Shown here one piece after another: positions 47,844 to 57,778 of a stretch of DNA of 64,000 bases. Below the pieces are notes generated by a model. The model ran no database searches and had not been told where the DNA came from. It worked only from the letters and a program-made list of their open reading frames with translations. The first letter of the stretch is position 1. Every line of letters begins with the position of its first letter. This DNA is from an uncultured Candidatus Saccharibacteria bacterium (GTDB lineage: Bacteria > Patescibacteriota > Dojkabacteria > J137), in assembly GCA_964607415.1 (NCBI GenBank), contig CAZSKK010000001.1, positions 68,190-132,189 of the forward strand. The letters run 5' to 3'. A program made the position numbers and the translations under genes.

Positions 47844-48584
47844 ATGAATCTTCAAGACAAAGTTGTTTTAATCACCGGTTCTTCAAGCGGAATAGGTAAA
47901 GCTACTGCATTAAGATTTGCAAAAGAAGGCGCCAAAGTTGTTGTTAATTATAAAACTAATAAAGATGGAGGTGAGAAAGCCATTAAAGAAATCGAAGCTA
48001 TGGGTGCAACTGCTCTACTTGTTCAGGCAGACGTATCCAATCCTACTGAAGTAAAAAGATTATTTGAAGAAGTTGTTAAAAAATTTGGTACTGTTGATAT
48101 TCTTATAAATAATGCAGCAATTCCAAGTGATCAAGTTCCATATTTTGAAGCTTCACATGATGATATTATCCAGCTTGTAAATACGGATTTAGTTGGCCCA
48201 ATGATTTGTGCTCAAGAAGCAATAAAGTTAATGAAAAAACAAGGATATGGCAAGATTTTTAATACAAGTTCGATTAGAGGATGGGAACATGGAGGACGTT
48301 CAGTGGTTTACGCAGCTTCAAAGGCAGGTCTAAATAGCTTTACAAGGACTTTAGCAAAACATGTTGCACCAGAAATTCAAGTTAATGCAGTTGCTCCTGG
48401 TTTTGTAAAAACTAGAAATTATGATGCAATGTCTGAAGAGCAAATTAAAACTTTTATAGATCAGACAATTTTAAAAAGATGGGTAACTGAAGATGAAATT
48501 GCAGATGCTTTTTTATTCTTGGCAAAAAACGATGCAATGACAGGTCAGGTTTTGTATGTAGATGCTGGATTTACACTAAAATAA
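47844..48584 (+). CDS. short-chain dehydrogenase/reductase (FabG-like)
   Basis: TGSSSGIG, NNA, S, YAASK, VAPG. Confidence 0.93.
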   Translation: MNLQDKVVLITGSSSGIGKATALRFAKEGAKVVVNYKTNKDGGEKAIKEIEAMGATALLVQADVSNPTEVKRLFEEVVKKFGTVDILINNAAIPSDQVPYFEASHDDIIQLVNTDLVGPMICAQEAIKLMKKQGYGKIFNTSSIRGWEHGGRSVVYAASKAGLNSFTRTLAKHVAPEIQVNAVAPGFVKTRNYDAMSEEQIKTFIDQTILKRWVTEDEIADAFLFLAKNDAMTGQVLYVDAGFTLK

Positions 48585-48590
48585 TTTTAA

Positions 48591-49217
48591 TTGAGTATGA
48601 CAAACTTTCTAACGGAACAAGAACAAAATACAATTAATTTCTATAATGCTCAAAGTCAAAAATGGGCAGATGGGCATAACACTGAAAGGTTTTGGGGTGA
48701 AAGCGTTGATGCTTTTCAGGAGCTTTTAGCAGACGGGAAAGTTATAGAAATTGGTTGTGGTGGTGGACGTGATGCAAAAGAGCTTGTAGCTATGGGATAT
48801 GATTATACAGGAACAGATATTTCAGAAGGGTTTCTTGAGGTTGCAAGGCAAGCTTTGCCGGATCAAAATTTTTTCCAAGCTAGTGTTTATGATTTGAGTA
48901 ATCTTGTTGAAGACGCATTATTTGATGGGTTTTGGTGCTCTGCAGTTTTGCTTCATATTCCTAAAGATCGTATAGATGAAGCTTTAAATTCTATTAAAAA
49001 AGTTGTACGTGAAGGTGGAATAGGTTTTATCTCAATAAAAGAAGGAAGCGACGATGTTATAAAGAAAGAAGGTGATTTAGAAAGAAATTTCTATATGTAT
49101 CAAGATGACGAATTTAGAGAAGTATTGGCGCGCAATTCAATCGAAGTTATGAACTTTAGATATATGCCAATGAACGAACGCACAAAGTGGCTAATTTATG
49201 TTGTTAGGATAGCTTAA
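48591..49217 (+). CDS. class I SAM-dependent methyltransferase
   Basis: IEIGCGGGRD, GTDIS, FDGFWCSAVLLH. Confidence 0.9.
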   Translation: MSMTNFLTEQEQNTINFYNAQSQKWADGHNTERFWGESVDAFQELLADGKVIEIGCGGGRDAKELVAMGYDYTGTDISEGFLEVARQALPDQNFFQASVYDLSNLVEDALFDGFWCSAVLLHIPKDRIDEALNSIKKVVREGGIGFISIKEGSDDVIKKEGDLERNFYMYQDDEFREVLARNSIEVMNFRYMPMNERTKWLIYVVRIA

Positions 49218-49219
49218 AT

Positions 49220-49714
49220 ATGTTCATTCAAGTTGTTCCAGAAAATTTTACTCCACCAAATCTTGTAAAAGATAATTACATTGCAAGAAAACTTATGGCA
49301 TCTGATGCTGAATTAGACTTTGCTGCTGTTATGTCTAGCATTGATATTATCAAGGAAACTCGAGGCGGAAGTTGGCCATCGGAAAACTTAACTTTGGAAG
49401 AAGACAGAATAGATTTAAGCTGGCATCAACGAGAGTTTGAAAACAATTCTTCATTTGCATACACAGTTTTAAATAAAGATGAAACTAAGTGTTTAGGATG
49501 TTTTTATTTATACCCAATGGGTTTTAGAACTGATCTAGGAAATAATAATTCCAAATATGATATTGATGTATCGTGGTGGGTAACTCAGGAAATGTATAAT
49601 CAGGGCTTTTACGACCAATTAGGTGGAGATATAAAAGAATGGTTGGAAAAAGAGTGGCCGTTTAAGAAAGTTTACTTTTCAAATAAAATCTTACCGGAAG
49701 GGATCTTCAACTGA
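49220..49714 (+). CDS. GNAT-like N-acetyltransferase
   Basis: DAELDFAAVMSS...WP...DLSWHQREF....FAYTV...CLGC.Y..P...VSWWV. Confidence 0.7.
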   Translation: MFIQVVPENFTPPNLVKDNYIARKLMASDAELDFAAVMSSIDIIKETRGGSWPSENLTLEEDRIDLSWHQREFENNSSFAYTVLNKDETKCLGCFYLYPMGFRTDLGNNNSKYDIDVSWWVTQEMYNQGFYDQLGGDIKEWLEKEWPFKKVYFSNKILPEGIFN

Positions 49715-49763
49715 TTTGTATTGCAGCACAATGTGATGCAAACTTTCAAATGTTACTATTAAC

Positions 49764-49932
49764 TCACCTCACCCGTCTTTCCCCGATAAATCGGGATCAA
49801 GACTACCCTCTCCTTCTGGAGAGGGAACTAGCACAAAACCCTTCTCCAGAAGGATGAGAATACATATTATGTATTCGAATGCAGCTATTAGCTCCACTCG
49901 ACAGCACAATGTGCTGTCTCAGGATGAGGTGA
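49764..49932. repeat. REP-like multi-hairpin palindromic element
   Basis: TCACCTCA/TGAGGTGA ends; CCCTCTCC-TTCT-GGAGAGGG core at 49806-49825. Confidence 0.75.
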
Positions 49933-49942
49933 AAAATTAGTA

Positions 49943-50299
49943 ATGGAAAAATCATTATATATAAATAAAAAACTTAATGCTTACGCACGAAAATTTCGTA
50001 AAGATTCAACTTTAGGTGAAGCAATTCTCTGGTCTAAATTGAAAAGTAGAAGTTTCCTTGGTCTTAAATTTCGGCGCCAAGTTCCAGTTAGCAACTACAT
50101 CCTCGACTTCTACTGCCCTAAACTTAACCTTGCAATTGAAATCGATGGTTCTACGCACGATGAAAATAAATATGATTATGATGTTGAAAGACAAAAAGAA
50201 ATTGAATCATTAGGGATTACAGTTTTAAGGTTTACAGAACATGAGGTTAAAACTAAACTTGATGATGTTTTACAAACGATTGAGCAAATAATAAAATGA
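49943..50299 (+). CDS. DUF559 (Vsr-like) endonuclease
   Basis: AR..RK..T..E..LW..L, FRRQ, YILDFYC....AIEIDGSTH, R...I...G..VLRF. Confidence 0.9.
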   Translation: MEKSLYINKKLNAYARKFRKDSTLGEAILWSKLKSRSFLGLKFRRQVPVSNYILDFYCPKLNLAIEIDGSTHDENKYDYDVERQKEIESLGITVLRFTEHEVKTKLDDVLQTIEQIIK

Positions 50300-50334
50300 A
50301 ATTACCTATTACTTATTACTTATTATTCTTTCTC

Positions 50335-50955
50335 ATGAAGTTATTCCTAGCATCTGAAATAAAACACCCTGAAAGCATTAAAAAACTTATTGACTATACA
50401 GGAGGGTTGGAAGGTAAAAAGATTGCCTTTATTCCAACCGGCTCCAATGGTGAAATTGAATTTGGAAACTGGAAAGGTGGAAGCTGGGCTGCTGCAAATA
50501 ATTTAGGCGCAACTGTAAAAGCTGTTCAACTGGAAGATTACAAAAACTCGTCAGTTATTAAAGAACTTGAAGACCAAGATCTGATTTGGATGCATGGTGG
50601 AATGAGCGGATATTTACTCTATTGGATTAGACGATGCGAAATTGATAAACATTTGCCAAGGCTTCTTGAAAAATCTTTATATGTTGGCTCAAGTGCAGGT
50701 GCCATGATTTTAGCCAAAGATCAGGATATGTCCGAATGGTACATTGGAGAATCTGAACCAGGCGCAGCTTTAATTCCAGGCTTGGATCTTGTTGATTTCA
50801 ACTTCTATCCTCATTATGAAGATCACTTATACGATGAAATTAAAAAAAGATATAAAGGCAACAAAATGTATCTTGTTAAAAATGGAGAGGTTATAATAGT
50901 TGAAGATGGGAAAGTAACTGTTTTGGGAGAGGAAAGAATTATTCAGAACAAATAA
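50335..50955 (+). CDS. peptidase S51 (dipeptidase E-like; probable start 50335)
   Basis: AFIPT, GG, YVGSSAGA, GL.LV.F..YPH. Confidence 0.85.
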   Translation: MKLFLASEIKHPESIKKLIDYTGGLEGKKIAFIPTGSNGEIEFGNWKGGSWAAANNLGATVKAVQLEDYKNSSVIKELEDQDLIWMHGGMSGYLLYWIRRCEIDKHLPRLLEKSLYVGSSAGAMILAKDQDMSEWYIGESEPGAALIPGLDLVDFNFYPHYEDHLYDEIKKRYKGNKMYLVKNGEVIIVEDGKVTVLGEERIIQNK

Positions 50956-51041
50956 GCAATTTTCAAGTCAAAGAATTTACAAAAAGCACACTGTACTTTT
51001 GAGTGTAGCTAATAAATTAAACTAAAGTGCATAATATGCAT

Positions 51042-51125
51042 TCTCACCCTCAAAGGAGGAAATCCAATGATTTTCCCCTCTTGAGAGGGGAAGAAAAAGC
51101 ATGTTATGCTTTTTCAGGGGAGTGA
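51042..51125. repeat. REP-like palindromic element
   Basis: TTCCCCTC-TTGA-GAGGGGAA and GAAAAAGCAT-GTT-ATGCTTTTTC hairpins. Confidence 0.7.
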
Positions 51126-51156
51126 CATTCAATCAGAATTTTAATCTAATTTCCTT

Positions 51157-51822
51157 ATGCCTAAAATTGAGCCTTCAACAATTGAATTTTTATGGAATCT
51201 TTCTTTAAATAACAATAAAGAATGGTTTCATGGCCATAAAACTGAATATGAATTTGCTAAAAAGAACTTTCAAAATTTCAGTAATGAGCTTTTAGACGAA
51301 GTTGTAAAAATAGATCCGCTTGTAGCCAAATCAAAAGAAAAAGCTTTAAAATTTTTTAGAATTAATAGAGACATTAGATTCTCTAAAGATAAATCTCCAT
51401 ATAAAAATAATTTAGGGTGTGTAATTACTCCATTTGGTGATGGATCAGGTTATGGGCTTTATTATATTCATGTTGAACCAGAAAATTCAGGAATTGCTGG
51501 TGGAATGTATGTGATTGAACCTGAACTTCTTCTTAAAGTTAGAAAGTTAATTTCAAGTAAATTTACGGATTTTAAAAAAATTATTAATGAGCCTGAATTT
51601 AAAGAATATTTTGGAGCAATGGAGCAAGAAGATAAATTAAAAACGGCTCCAAAAGGCTTTGCAAAAGATGACCCTGCTATTGAATATTTAAAATTTAAAC
51701 ATTTTACCGTGTGGAAAGGCTTTACAAATAAACAAGTAATTGGGGATGATTTTTTTGATTCAGCAGTTGATGGTTTTAAAAAGATCAAAAAACTTAATGA
51801 CTTTTTGAATAAAGCGATCTAG
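51157..51822 (+). CDS. DUF2461 family protein
   Basis: NNNKEWF, FRINRDIRFSKDKSPYK, LKTAPKGF.KD. Confidence 0.9.
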   Translation: MPKIEPSTIEFLWNLSLNNNKEWFHGHKTEYEFAKKNFQNFSNELLDEVVKIDPLVAKSKEKALKFFRINRDIRFSKDKSPYKNNLGCVITPFGDGSGYGLYYIHVEPENSGIAGGMYVIEPELLLKVRKLISSKFTDFKKIINEPEFKEYFGAMEQEDKLKTAPKGFAKDDPAIEYLKFKHFTVWKGFTNKQVIGDDFFDSAVDGFKKIKKLNDFLNKAI

Positions 51823-51889
51823 CTATCGGTAATCAGTTTTCTGTAACCTGATTAACTCGCAAACCCACTAACACGCAAACTTTTTATAT

Positions 51890-52255
51890 ATGAAATATGT
51901 ACTAAAACTTGAACAACTTGCTATATTTTTATTTTCAGTATATTTGTATTCTCAGAGCAAATTTGATGGATGGCTCTATATTTTGTTGTTCTTTACTCCA
52001 GATTTAAGCATGCTTGGCTATTTAGGAGGTAATAAAATTGGTGCAATAACGTATAATTTTATTCACCACCAAGCAGTTGCAGTGACAATATTTATTTTAG
52101 GACAAACTTTAGATATAAAAGCTTTTGCAATTTATGGATTAGTAATGTTAGGACACTCATCGTTAGACAGGGTCTTAGGCTTTGGATTAAAGACATTTAA
52201 AGGATTTAAAGAAACGCATTTAGCACAAACCCCTCCTTTAATTCCTCCCCTTTGA
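51890..52255 (+). CDS. DUF4260 family membrane protein
   Basis: LKLE, PDLSMLGYL...GA..YN..H, H...DR.LGFGLK....F..THL. Confidence 0.88.
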   Translation: MKYVLKLEQLAIFLFSVYLYSQSKFDGWLYILLFFTPDLSMLGYLGGNKIGAITYNFIHHQAVAVTIFILGQTLDIKAFAIYGLVMLGHSSLDRVLGFGLKTFKGFKETHLAQTPPLIPPL

Positions 52256-52294
52256 TTAAAGGGGAGGAAGATGGCTAAGCCAGCTGGAGGGGTT
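52228..52294. repeat. REP-like element, inverted partner of 53966-54029
   Basis: AACCCCTCCTTTAATTCCTCCCCTTTGATTAAAGGGGAGG; 39/40 identical to the reverse complement of 53990-54029. Confidence 0.9.
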
Positions 52295-52330
52295 GTACAG
52301 AAAATACGCAAACTCTTTAACAACTTAACT

Positions 52331-52807
52331 ATGACGGAACTTAAGAATCAAATTTTAAAATTCATTTCTTCAAGAAAACTTGTTTCCATTGCAACTATTG
52401 ATGGCAAAAATAATCCGTGGATTTGCAATGTTTACTTTTCACAAGACGATGACTTGAACATTTACTTTATTTCTCCAAAAGATACAAACCATTCAAAGCA
52501 TATTAAAAATAATGCAAATGTGGCATTTACAATAAACTGGTATGAAGAAGCCAAATTAGATAATAGAAAGGCAATTCAAGCGATAGGCATTTGTAAGCAG
52601 GTTGGACTAAAAGATCTAAAGTACAGTATTAAATGTATGATTAAAAAATATCCAGACTGGAAGGATTTCTTAACTTTTGAAAAAGTAACTAAAGATTTAA
52701 TTAAATCGAAAGTTTATAAAATTACACCAAGTTATATTAAGTATTGGGACGATGAGCTGTTTGGGGAGGAGGGAGTAAGGGAAATGATAGTGGTAAATAG
52801 TAACTAG
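52331..52807 (+). CDS. pyridoxamine 5'-phosphate oxidase-like FMN-binding split-barrel protein (probable start 52331)
   Basis: SIAT....PW...VYF......YFIS....HS..I..N..VA. Confidence 0.8.
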   Translation: MTELKNQILKFISSRKLVSIATIDGKNNPWICNVYFSQDDDLNIYFISPKDTNHSKHIKNNANVAFTINWYEEAKLDNRKAIQAIGICKQVGLKDLKYSIKCMIKKYPDWKDFLTFEKVTKDLIKSKVYKITPSYIKYWDDELFGEEGVREMIVVNSN

Positions 52808-52862
52808 TAGCAAGTAATTGGAAATAGAAATTAGTAAATACTGAAAAGTAAGAAGAAATTAG

Positions 52863-53189
52863 CTACTGTTCAAGCTGATTTTCTATTGATTCAACTTTAT
52901 AAACCTGACCATTTATTGTGAAGGAGTTCTCTGTTATAGAACTTGTGGAAACAGTCAAACTTGGTAGTGAATGCTCCACGTGCGATAGCTTTATAATTTC
53001 ATCATTCCCTTCTACATAGACAGGACTAACAATAAATTCTCCAATAGATTCTCCACTTAAGCTTAATTCAACTTTTACAGGGCTCATTTTTATGTAAGAA
53101 GTAAGAATTTCAGATGTAGCTCTAGATTTACCAAGAGAACGAGTTTCAATTTTGGGTAGATTGTTTAAAGTTTTAGCAAATGAGTTCAT
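52863..53189 (-). CDS. hypothetical protein
   Basis: 108-aa ORF. Confidence 0.5.
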   Translation of the reverse strand: MNSFAKTLNNLPKIETRSLGKSRATSEILTSYIKMSPVKVELSLSGESIGEFIVSPVYVEGNDEIIKLSHVEHSLPSLTVSTSSITENSFTINGQVYKVESIENQLEQ

Positions 53190-53266
53190 AACTTATTTTT
53201 TAACCGAAGAGATTTTACCAAATTTTGGCAGCGTGTAAAGAGTTTAGCAAAAATTTTGGATATGTA

Positions 53267-53899
53267 TTAAACAAAGTTAAGTAGCTCGGAGATTCTGGTT
53301 ATTTGAAAGTCGGGTTTCAATGAATCTAAAAAAGCCTTAGAGTAAATTTTTCTATTTGAGTCTGGAATATGAAGAACCGTTTTAATACCAGCGTTTTTGC
53401 CGGCATTTATGTCCTTATCTGAATCACCCACCATTACTGCCAATTTGGGATCACCGTTTAACTTTTCTAAAGCCATTAAAACAGATTCTGGATTTGGCTT
53501 TTGTTTTGTTACATCTTCTGCAGCAATTACTACGTCAATAAACTTATTTATCTTAGTTTTTTCAATCAAACTTTCAGCCAAAGGCTTAGTATTTGTTGTT
53601 ACAATTGCAAGTTTTCTTCCTGTTTTGTGAAGCTCTTCAAGAGTTTCGTAAACTGTTGGGAATAGCTGTATGTTGTCACTCGCATCACTTGCAAATCCAA
53701 CTAAAACTTTATTAAACTCATCAGCACTTTTAGCGCCAAATTTATCAAAAACATCCCACCTTCCAAAAAAGCTTGGAATTTTTTCATCTGGAAATTCAAC
53801 ATTGTAATACTTTGCTGTTGCTTTGTAAGCGTTGAACCAAAGTTCTAATGTATCAGCCAAGTTTCCATCCCAATCTAAAAGAATATATTTATATCGCAT
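53267..53899 (-). CDS. HAD-superfamily hydrolase (PpaX/Gph-like)
   Basis: LDWDGNLAD, IVT, KPNP, MVGDS..D..AG..AG. Confidence 0.9.
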   Translation of the reverse strand: MRYKYILLDWDGNLADTLELWFNAYKATAKYYNVEFPDEKIPSFFGRWDVFDKFGAKSADEFNKVLVGFASDASDNIQLFPTVYETLEELHKTGRKLAIVTTNTKPLAESLIEKTKINKFIDVVIAAEDVTKQKPNPESVLMALEKLNGDPKLAVMVGDSDKDINAGKNAGIKTVLHIPDSNRKIYSKAFLDSLKPDFQITRISELLNFV

Positions 53900-53965
53900 T
53901 CAGGCATTATACGGTATTAAGTAGCGTTTGAATATAGTAGTGGAAGAATGTAGAATGAGATGAAT

Positions 53966-54029
53966 AACCCCTCCGGCACCAAGGTGCCACCTCCCCTTTA
54001 ATTAAAGGGGAGGAATTAAAGGAGGGGTT
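53966..54029. repeat. REP-like element, inverted partner of 52228-52294
   Basis: AACCCCTCC...CCTCCCCTTTAATTAAAGGGGAGG...GGAGGGGTT. Confidence 0.9.
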
Positions 54030-54054
54030 CTATTCCTTAACTAAAATAAAACCC

Positions 54055-54978
54055 ATGACTCAAAACTCAAAACCTACAACTCCAGTCACAGTCTTTACAG
54101 GAAGCCTTGGATCCGGAAAAACAACAGTTATTTTAAATCTTGTAAAACAATTACCCAAAGATTACAAAGTTATGTGGCTTAAAAATGAATACGGTGACGT
54201 AAGTATCGATTCGGAACTTGCAAAAGTCAGTAATATTCAAACGACGGAAATTTTAAACGGTTGCCTTTGCTGCGTGTTAATTGGAAGGCTTGGCGACGCT
54301 CTGGATGAAATTGCTAAAAAATACAAGCTGGATCGGTTGATTGTTGAAACTGCAGGAACTGCATACCCATACCCAATAATTAATGAAGTAAATTCTAAAA
54401 GTCAATTTAAGCTTGATGGACTGGTTACTATCATTGATGCATTAAACTACAATTTTTTTAATGACAAAAGTATTCTTGCAAGAACGCAAGCAAAATATGT
54501 TGATCTTGTTGTTGTTAATAAAACAAACCTTGTAGAAAAAGAAATTCTAGAAAACGTTTTGGATGGGGTTTACGAAATGTATTCATCAAACGCAAAATTC
54601 CAAACAAAAGATGGATTTGTGCCTAAAGATTTAATTTTAGGTTTGGATGCAAGATTGTCAAAAGATTTTATAAACGAACTTCAGCGCGAACACCATTCAG
54701 ATCATGTTGATGAGGTTGAAACTTTTAGCTTTGAGTTTGAAAAATCTAAATCATTTAAAAAAGATAAAATACAAAAGATTCTGTCTGAACTTCCCGTATC
54801 TGAATTCTATAGAATCAAAGGAATTATGAAGCTTGGCAATGATTTCTATATGGTAAATTATGTTTTGGGGAAAACCACTTTGCAGAAGCTTGAAGACTAT
54901 AATGGTAATTCCAAAATTACGTTTATGGGGAAAGGAATTACTTCGCAGAAAGATATTTTAGTTAAAGAATTTTATTAA
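54055..54978 (+). CDS. COG0523/CobW-family metal-chaperone GTPase
   Basis: TGSLGSGKTT, NEYG...ID, GCLCC, VETAG, NKT, YRIKG. Confidence 0.92.
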   Translation: MTQNSKPTTPVTVFTGSLGSGKTTVILNLVKQLPKDYKVMWLKNEYGDVSIDSELAKVSNIQTTEILNGCLCCVLIGRLGDALDEIAKKYKLDRLIVETAGTAYPYPIINEVNSKSQFKLDGLVTIIDALNYNFFNDKSILARTQAKYVDLVVVNKTNLVEKEILENVLDGVYEMYSSNAKFQTKDGFVPKDLILGLDARLSKDFINELQREHHSDHVDEVETFSFEFEKSKSFKKDKIQKILSELPVSEFYRIKGIMKLGNDFYMVNYVLGKTTLQKLEDYNGNSKITFMGKGITSQKDILVKEFY

Positions 54979-55223
54979 ACTCTGGACATGAGGTTCTGTG
55001 ATTACCCTTCCCTTTACCTTTTTTCACTTAGTTCAGTGTGAGAGGAATAAACATTTGCACAACTCAAACTTCTGATGATCTTTTGCTCGCTTACTCTAAT
55101 CACATGTTTAATTAAATGTACACTAACTACTACTAATATTGGGCATGGATGCTAATTTTTTAATTAGACCCAAGTTTTCAAAAATGATAGGATTAAGTAA
55201 CTTTAAAAAGCTCCAAAATTTTT

Positions 55224-55721
55224 ATGAGAAGCGAATACGATCTGGAGCTAATTTTTGAACTCCATTTTGATAAAATCTACAAATTTTTTTATTTCAAAAC
55301 GCTTTCAAAGGAAATAGCTGAGGATTTAACATCTGAAACTTTTTTAGCATTTGCAGATAAACTTAAAAAAATTGATATCGATGATGAAAAAAAATATCTT
55401 TACGGAATTGCGAAAAATATTTTTACTAAGTTCTTAAAAACTAAATATAAAGAAAATATAGTTCACTTTGAAGATATTCAACAATTTGAAAATCTAGTTG
55501 AGAGTGTAAATAGTGAAAAATCTTTACACATGGAGGAGATCGCTTTGAAGTTTATAGATATGTTACCTGCGAAACAGCAGCAGGTAATAAGGTTGAGACT
55601 AATTGAAAAAGCCAGTCTTTCAGAAATTACTGAGAAGCTAGGTAAAAATATGAATTATGTTAAGACAACTCAAAAACGAGGGCTAAAGAACTTAAAAAAA
55701 ATAATTGCTTGTACACCATAA
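55224..55721 (+). CDS. ECF sigma-70 factor
   Basis: AEDLTSETF, YLYGIAKN, LP.KQQQVI.LR, EI...LGK....VK....RG. Confidence 0.9.
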   Translation: MRSEYDLELIFELHFDKIYKFFYFKTLSKEIAEDLTSETFLAFADKLKKIDIDDEKKYLYGIAKNIFTKFLKTKYKENIVHFEDIQQFENLVESVNSEKSLHMEEIALKFIDMLPAKQQQVIRLRLIEKASLSEITEKLGKNMNYVKTTQKRGLKNLKKIIACTP

Positions 55722-55736
55722 ATTACTATAAAGTAT

Positions 55737-57752
55737 ATGGAAAATAAAGAAGATAAAGAAATAACAGAATTTTTAGAATCTATAAAAAATAATTCTATTA
55801 ATCCTGATTTGAACTTCAAAGCTGAATTGAAGGAGAAATTTATAGACAAAAACAATACTTTTAATTTTTCTAATATGAATTTTGATAATTTTTTCTTTAG
55901 ATTAAAAGCTTTGAGCATGGAAGCTAAGGCTTTTACTATATTTGCATCATTTTCTATAATTGTTCTTTCTACTTATGGTATTTTTACTTTGACAAATATT
56001 TTAAACCAAAATTCGTCAGAACAAATTTCGGTGGAAGAACAAGAGGATATTTATAAGAAAATAATCGAAAACAATCCAAAAAGTATTCTTGAAGAGCAAG
56101 CAAAGGAAATAAAAAAAACAGAAGTAATTAATGATGTACTTAGTGATCCATTTGTAGCTACGCAAAATACTCAAACCTCTGTTCCTAATCCTGAAACTGC
56201 GGATACAATTTATAGTAGACTTGAGGAGGTTTCAAAGCAGCTTAACGAAATTACTAATCAGCCTCCTATTGGAAGCCCTTCAGATATTACTTTTAATCCA
56301 GAATTCAATTACTCCTATTCTAAACGTATTTATACACAAGGGCCAAAGGTTTGTAATGTAATGCAATATGGTGAACATGGAATTGGTGGTGAAGGTTTTA
56401 TATCTAATCAAAAAGATACAATAACTGAGTACTTCGATTATAGTGAGTATTACAATCGGTATTTTTACAAAATTAAAACAACAAACTCAAACTTAAATTT
56501 GATTAATTATCTATTATCAAAGAATGATAGAACGCAAAATAATACCCTTGTTTTTGCAGAGGGAGACTATGCAATTAGGAGCAACTATCCTGTATATAAC
56601 TATCTGCCTGTAAGTTATCCTACAAGCTACCCTAGTAGTTACCCTACTCAAACCACTTATCCCCAAAATATGAGCTTACAACAAGCTATGGATTACTACT
56701 TTGGCAGAGGAATTAAAATAGATAAAATTTATCAGGAAGATGGGAACGAATATGTTCAGTTGTCAAGAAGCTATACATCATTGTGTAATTGGGATCCAGA
56801 AAGTATTGAGCTGATTCAACCTAAATCTATATTTATATATGTTTATACAGTAAATAAAGCTAATTATAATATTGAGAACACTAAAATTTACCTTTCTGAA
56901 GAAAAACCTGAAAACCTTGTTACTGAAACATCATTTTCAAGAGAAACCAGAAAAGCCACATTTGAAGAAATCGACGATGTCTTCGACTACGAATATTCTA
57001 AACCAGTTAAAGATCTTTATTATTCTTCTTCGATGGCTTATGAGAGTTTAAGGGAAGATAGACTACAGCGTATATTAGATTATATAGCTCAAAATAATCT
57101 TAATTTATTAGTACCTTCAAGAGAGCATTACACATTATCCTATATCTTTACAGATTCTCCTTTATGTTATACAGATTGGTGCAATCTTTACTATAGTAGG
57201 GCTTTTTTCCCAATGAATGATTTTGGACAAGATCTTTACGACGAAAGAATTAGGTTTTTGAAATCTAATCCTGTTTTCGCTAAGCCAATAGTTTCAATGT
57301 TTTTCAAAAGTAAACATCATGGATATACACATGATATACAAGTAAATTTATACCCTTCCGATCAAAGCGAGACGAAAATTAGAAATACACAACTTTATTA
57401 CAATCAGTCTGAGAATTCTGAAATAGAAAATGGCGCCGTTAATTTATTAATCAATAATCAACTTAACGTAGGAAATTATTATGAAGTGCTTTCAAGGTAT
57501 GATTATGTTTCTTATCCTGTCTCATTTCCTGCATCATACCCCGTTTCATATCCTGACGGCAATGAATGCGTGCTGCAATCTTGTTTTTATAAAAATGGTA
57601 GGGTAACTTTAAGTTATAGAGACTCGAACTATTTAATAACATATAATGGTGATAGAAGAGATTATTTATCTGATATAAGTTACTCTACTTTAAACGTATC
57701 AGATCAAGCAGATGCGGATGTGTTTAGAGTTATGTTACAAACAGTCTACTAA
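55737..57752 (+). CDS. putative membrane anti-sigma factor with large extracellular domain
   Basis: Follows the ECF sigma gene; PDLNFKAELKEK cytoplasmic motif, one TM, Tyr-rich ectodomain with xSYP repeats. Confidence 0.65.
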   Translation: MENKEDKEITEFLESIKNNSINPDLNFKAELKEKFIDKNNTFNFSNMNFDNFFFRLKALSMEAKAFTIFASFSIIVLSTYGIFTLTNILNQNSSEQISVEEQEDIYKKIIENNPKSILEEQAKEIKKTEVINDVLSDPFVATQNTQTSVPNPETADTIYSRLEEVSKQLNEITNQPPIGSPSDITFNPEFNYSYSKRIYTQGPKVCNVMQYGEHGIGGEGFISNQKDTITEYFDYSEYYNRYFYKIKTTNSNLNLINYLLSKNDRTQNNTLVFAEGDYAIRSNYPVYNYLPVSYPTSYPSSYPTQTTYPQNMSLQQAMDYYFGRGIKIDKIYQEDGNEYVQLSRSYTSLCNWDPESIELIQPKSIFIYVYTVNKANYNIENTKIYLSEEKPENLVTETSFSRETRKATFEEIDDVFDYEYSKPVKDLYYSSSMAYESLREDRLQRILDYIAQNNLNLLVPSREHYTLSYIFTDSPLCYTDWCNLYYSRAFFPMNDFGQDLYDERIRFLKSNPVFAKPIVSMFFKSKHHGYTHDIQVNLYPSDQSETKIRNTQLYYNQSENSEIENGAVNLLINNQLNVGNYYEVLSRYDYVSYPVSFPASYPVSYPDGNECVLQSCFYKNGRVTLSYRDSNYLITYNGDRRDYLSDISYSTLNVSDQADADVFRVMLQTVY

Positions 57753-57778
57753 CTTTGCTTTAAAAATTATTAACAATA

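Noticed and set aside
54985-55107. Possible ncRNA closed by TGTGATTA/TAATCACA upstream of the ECF sigma gene
   Set aside because: Only one short stem is evident and no SRP, 6S, tmRNA or riboswitch consensus was recognised
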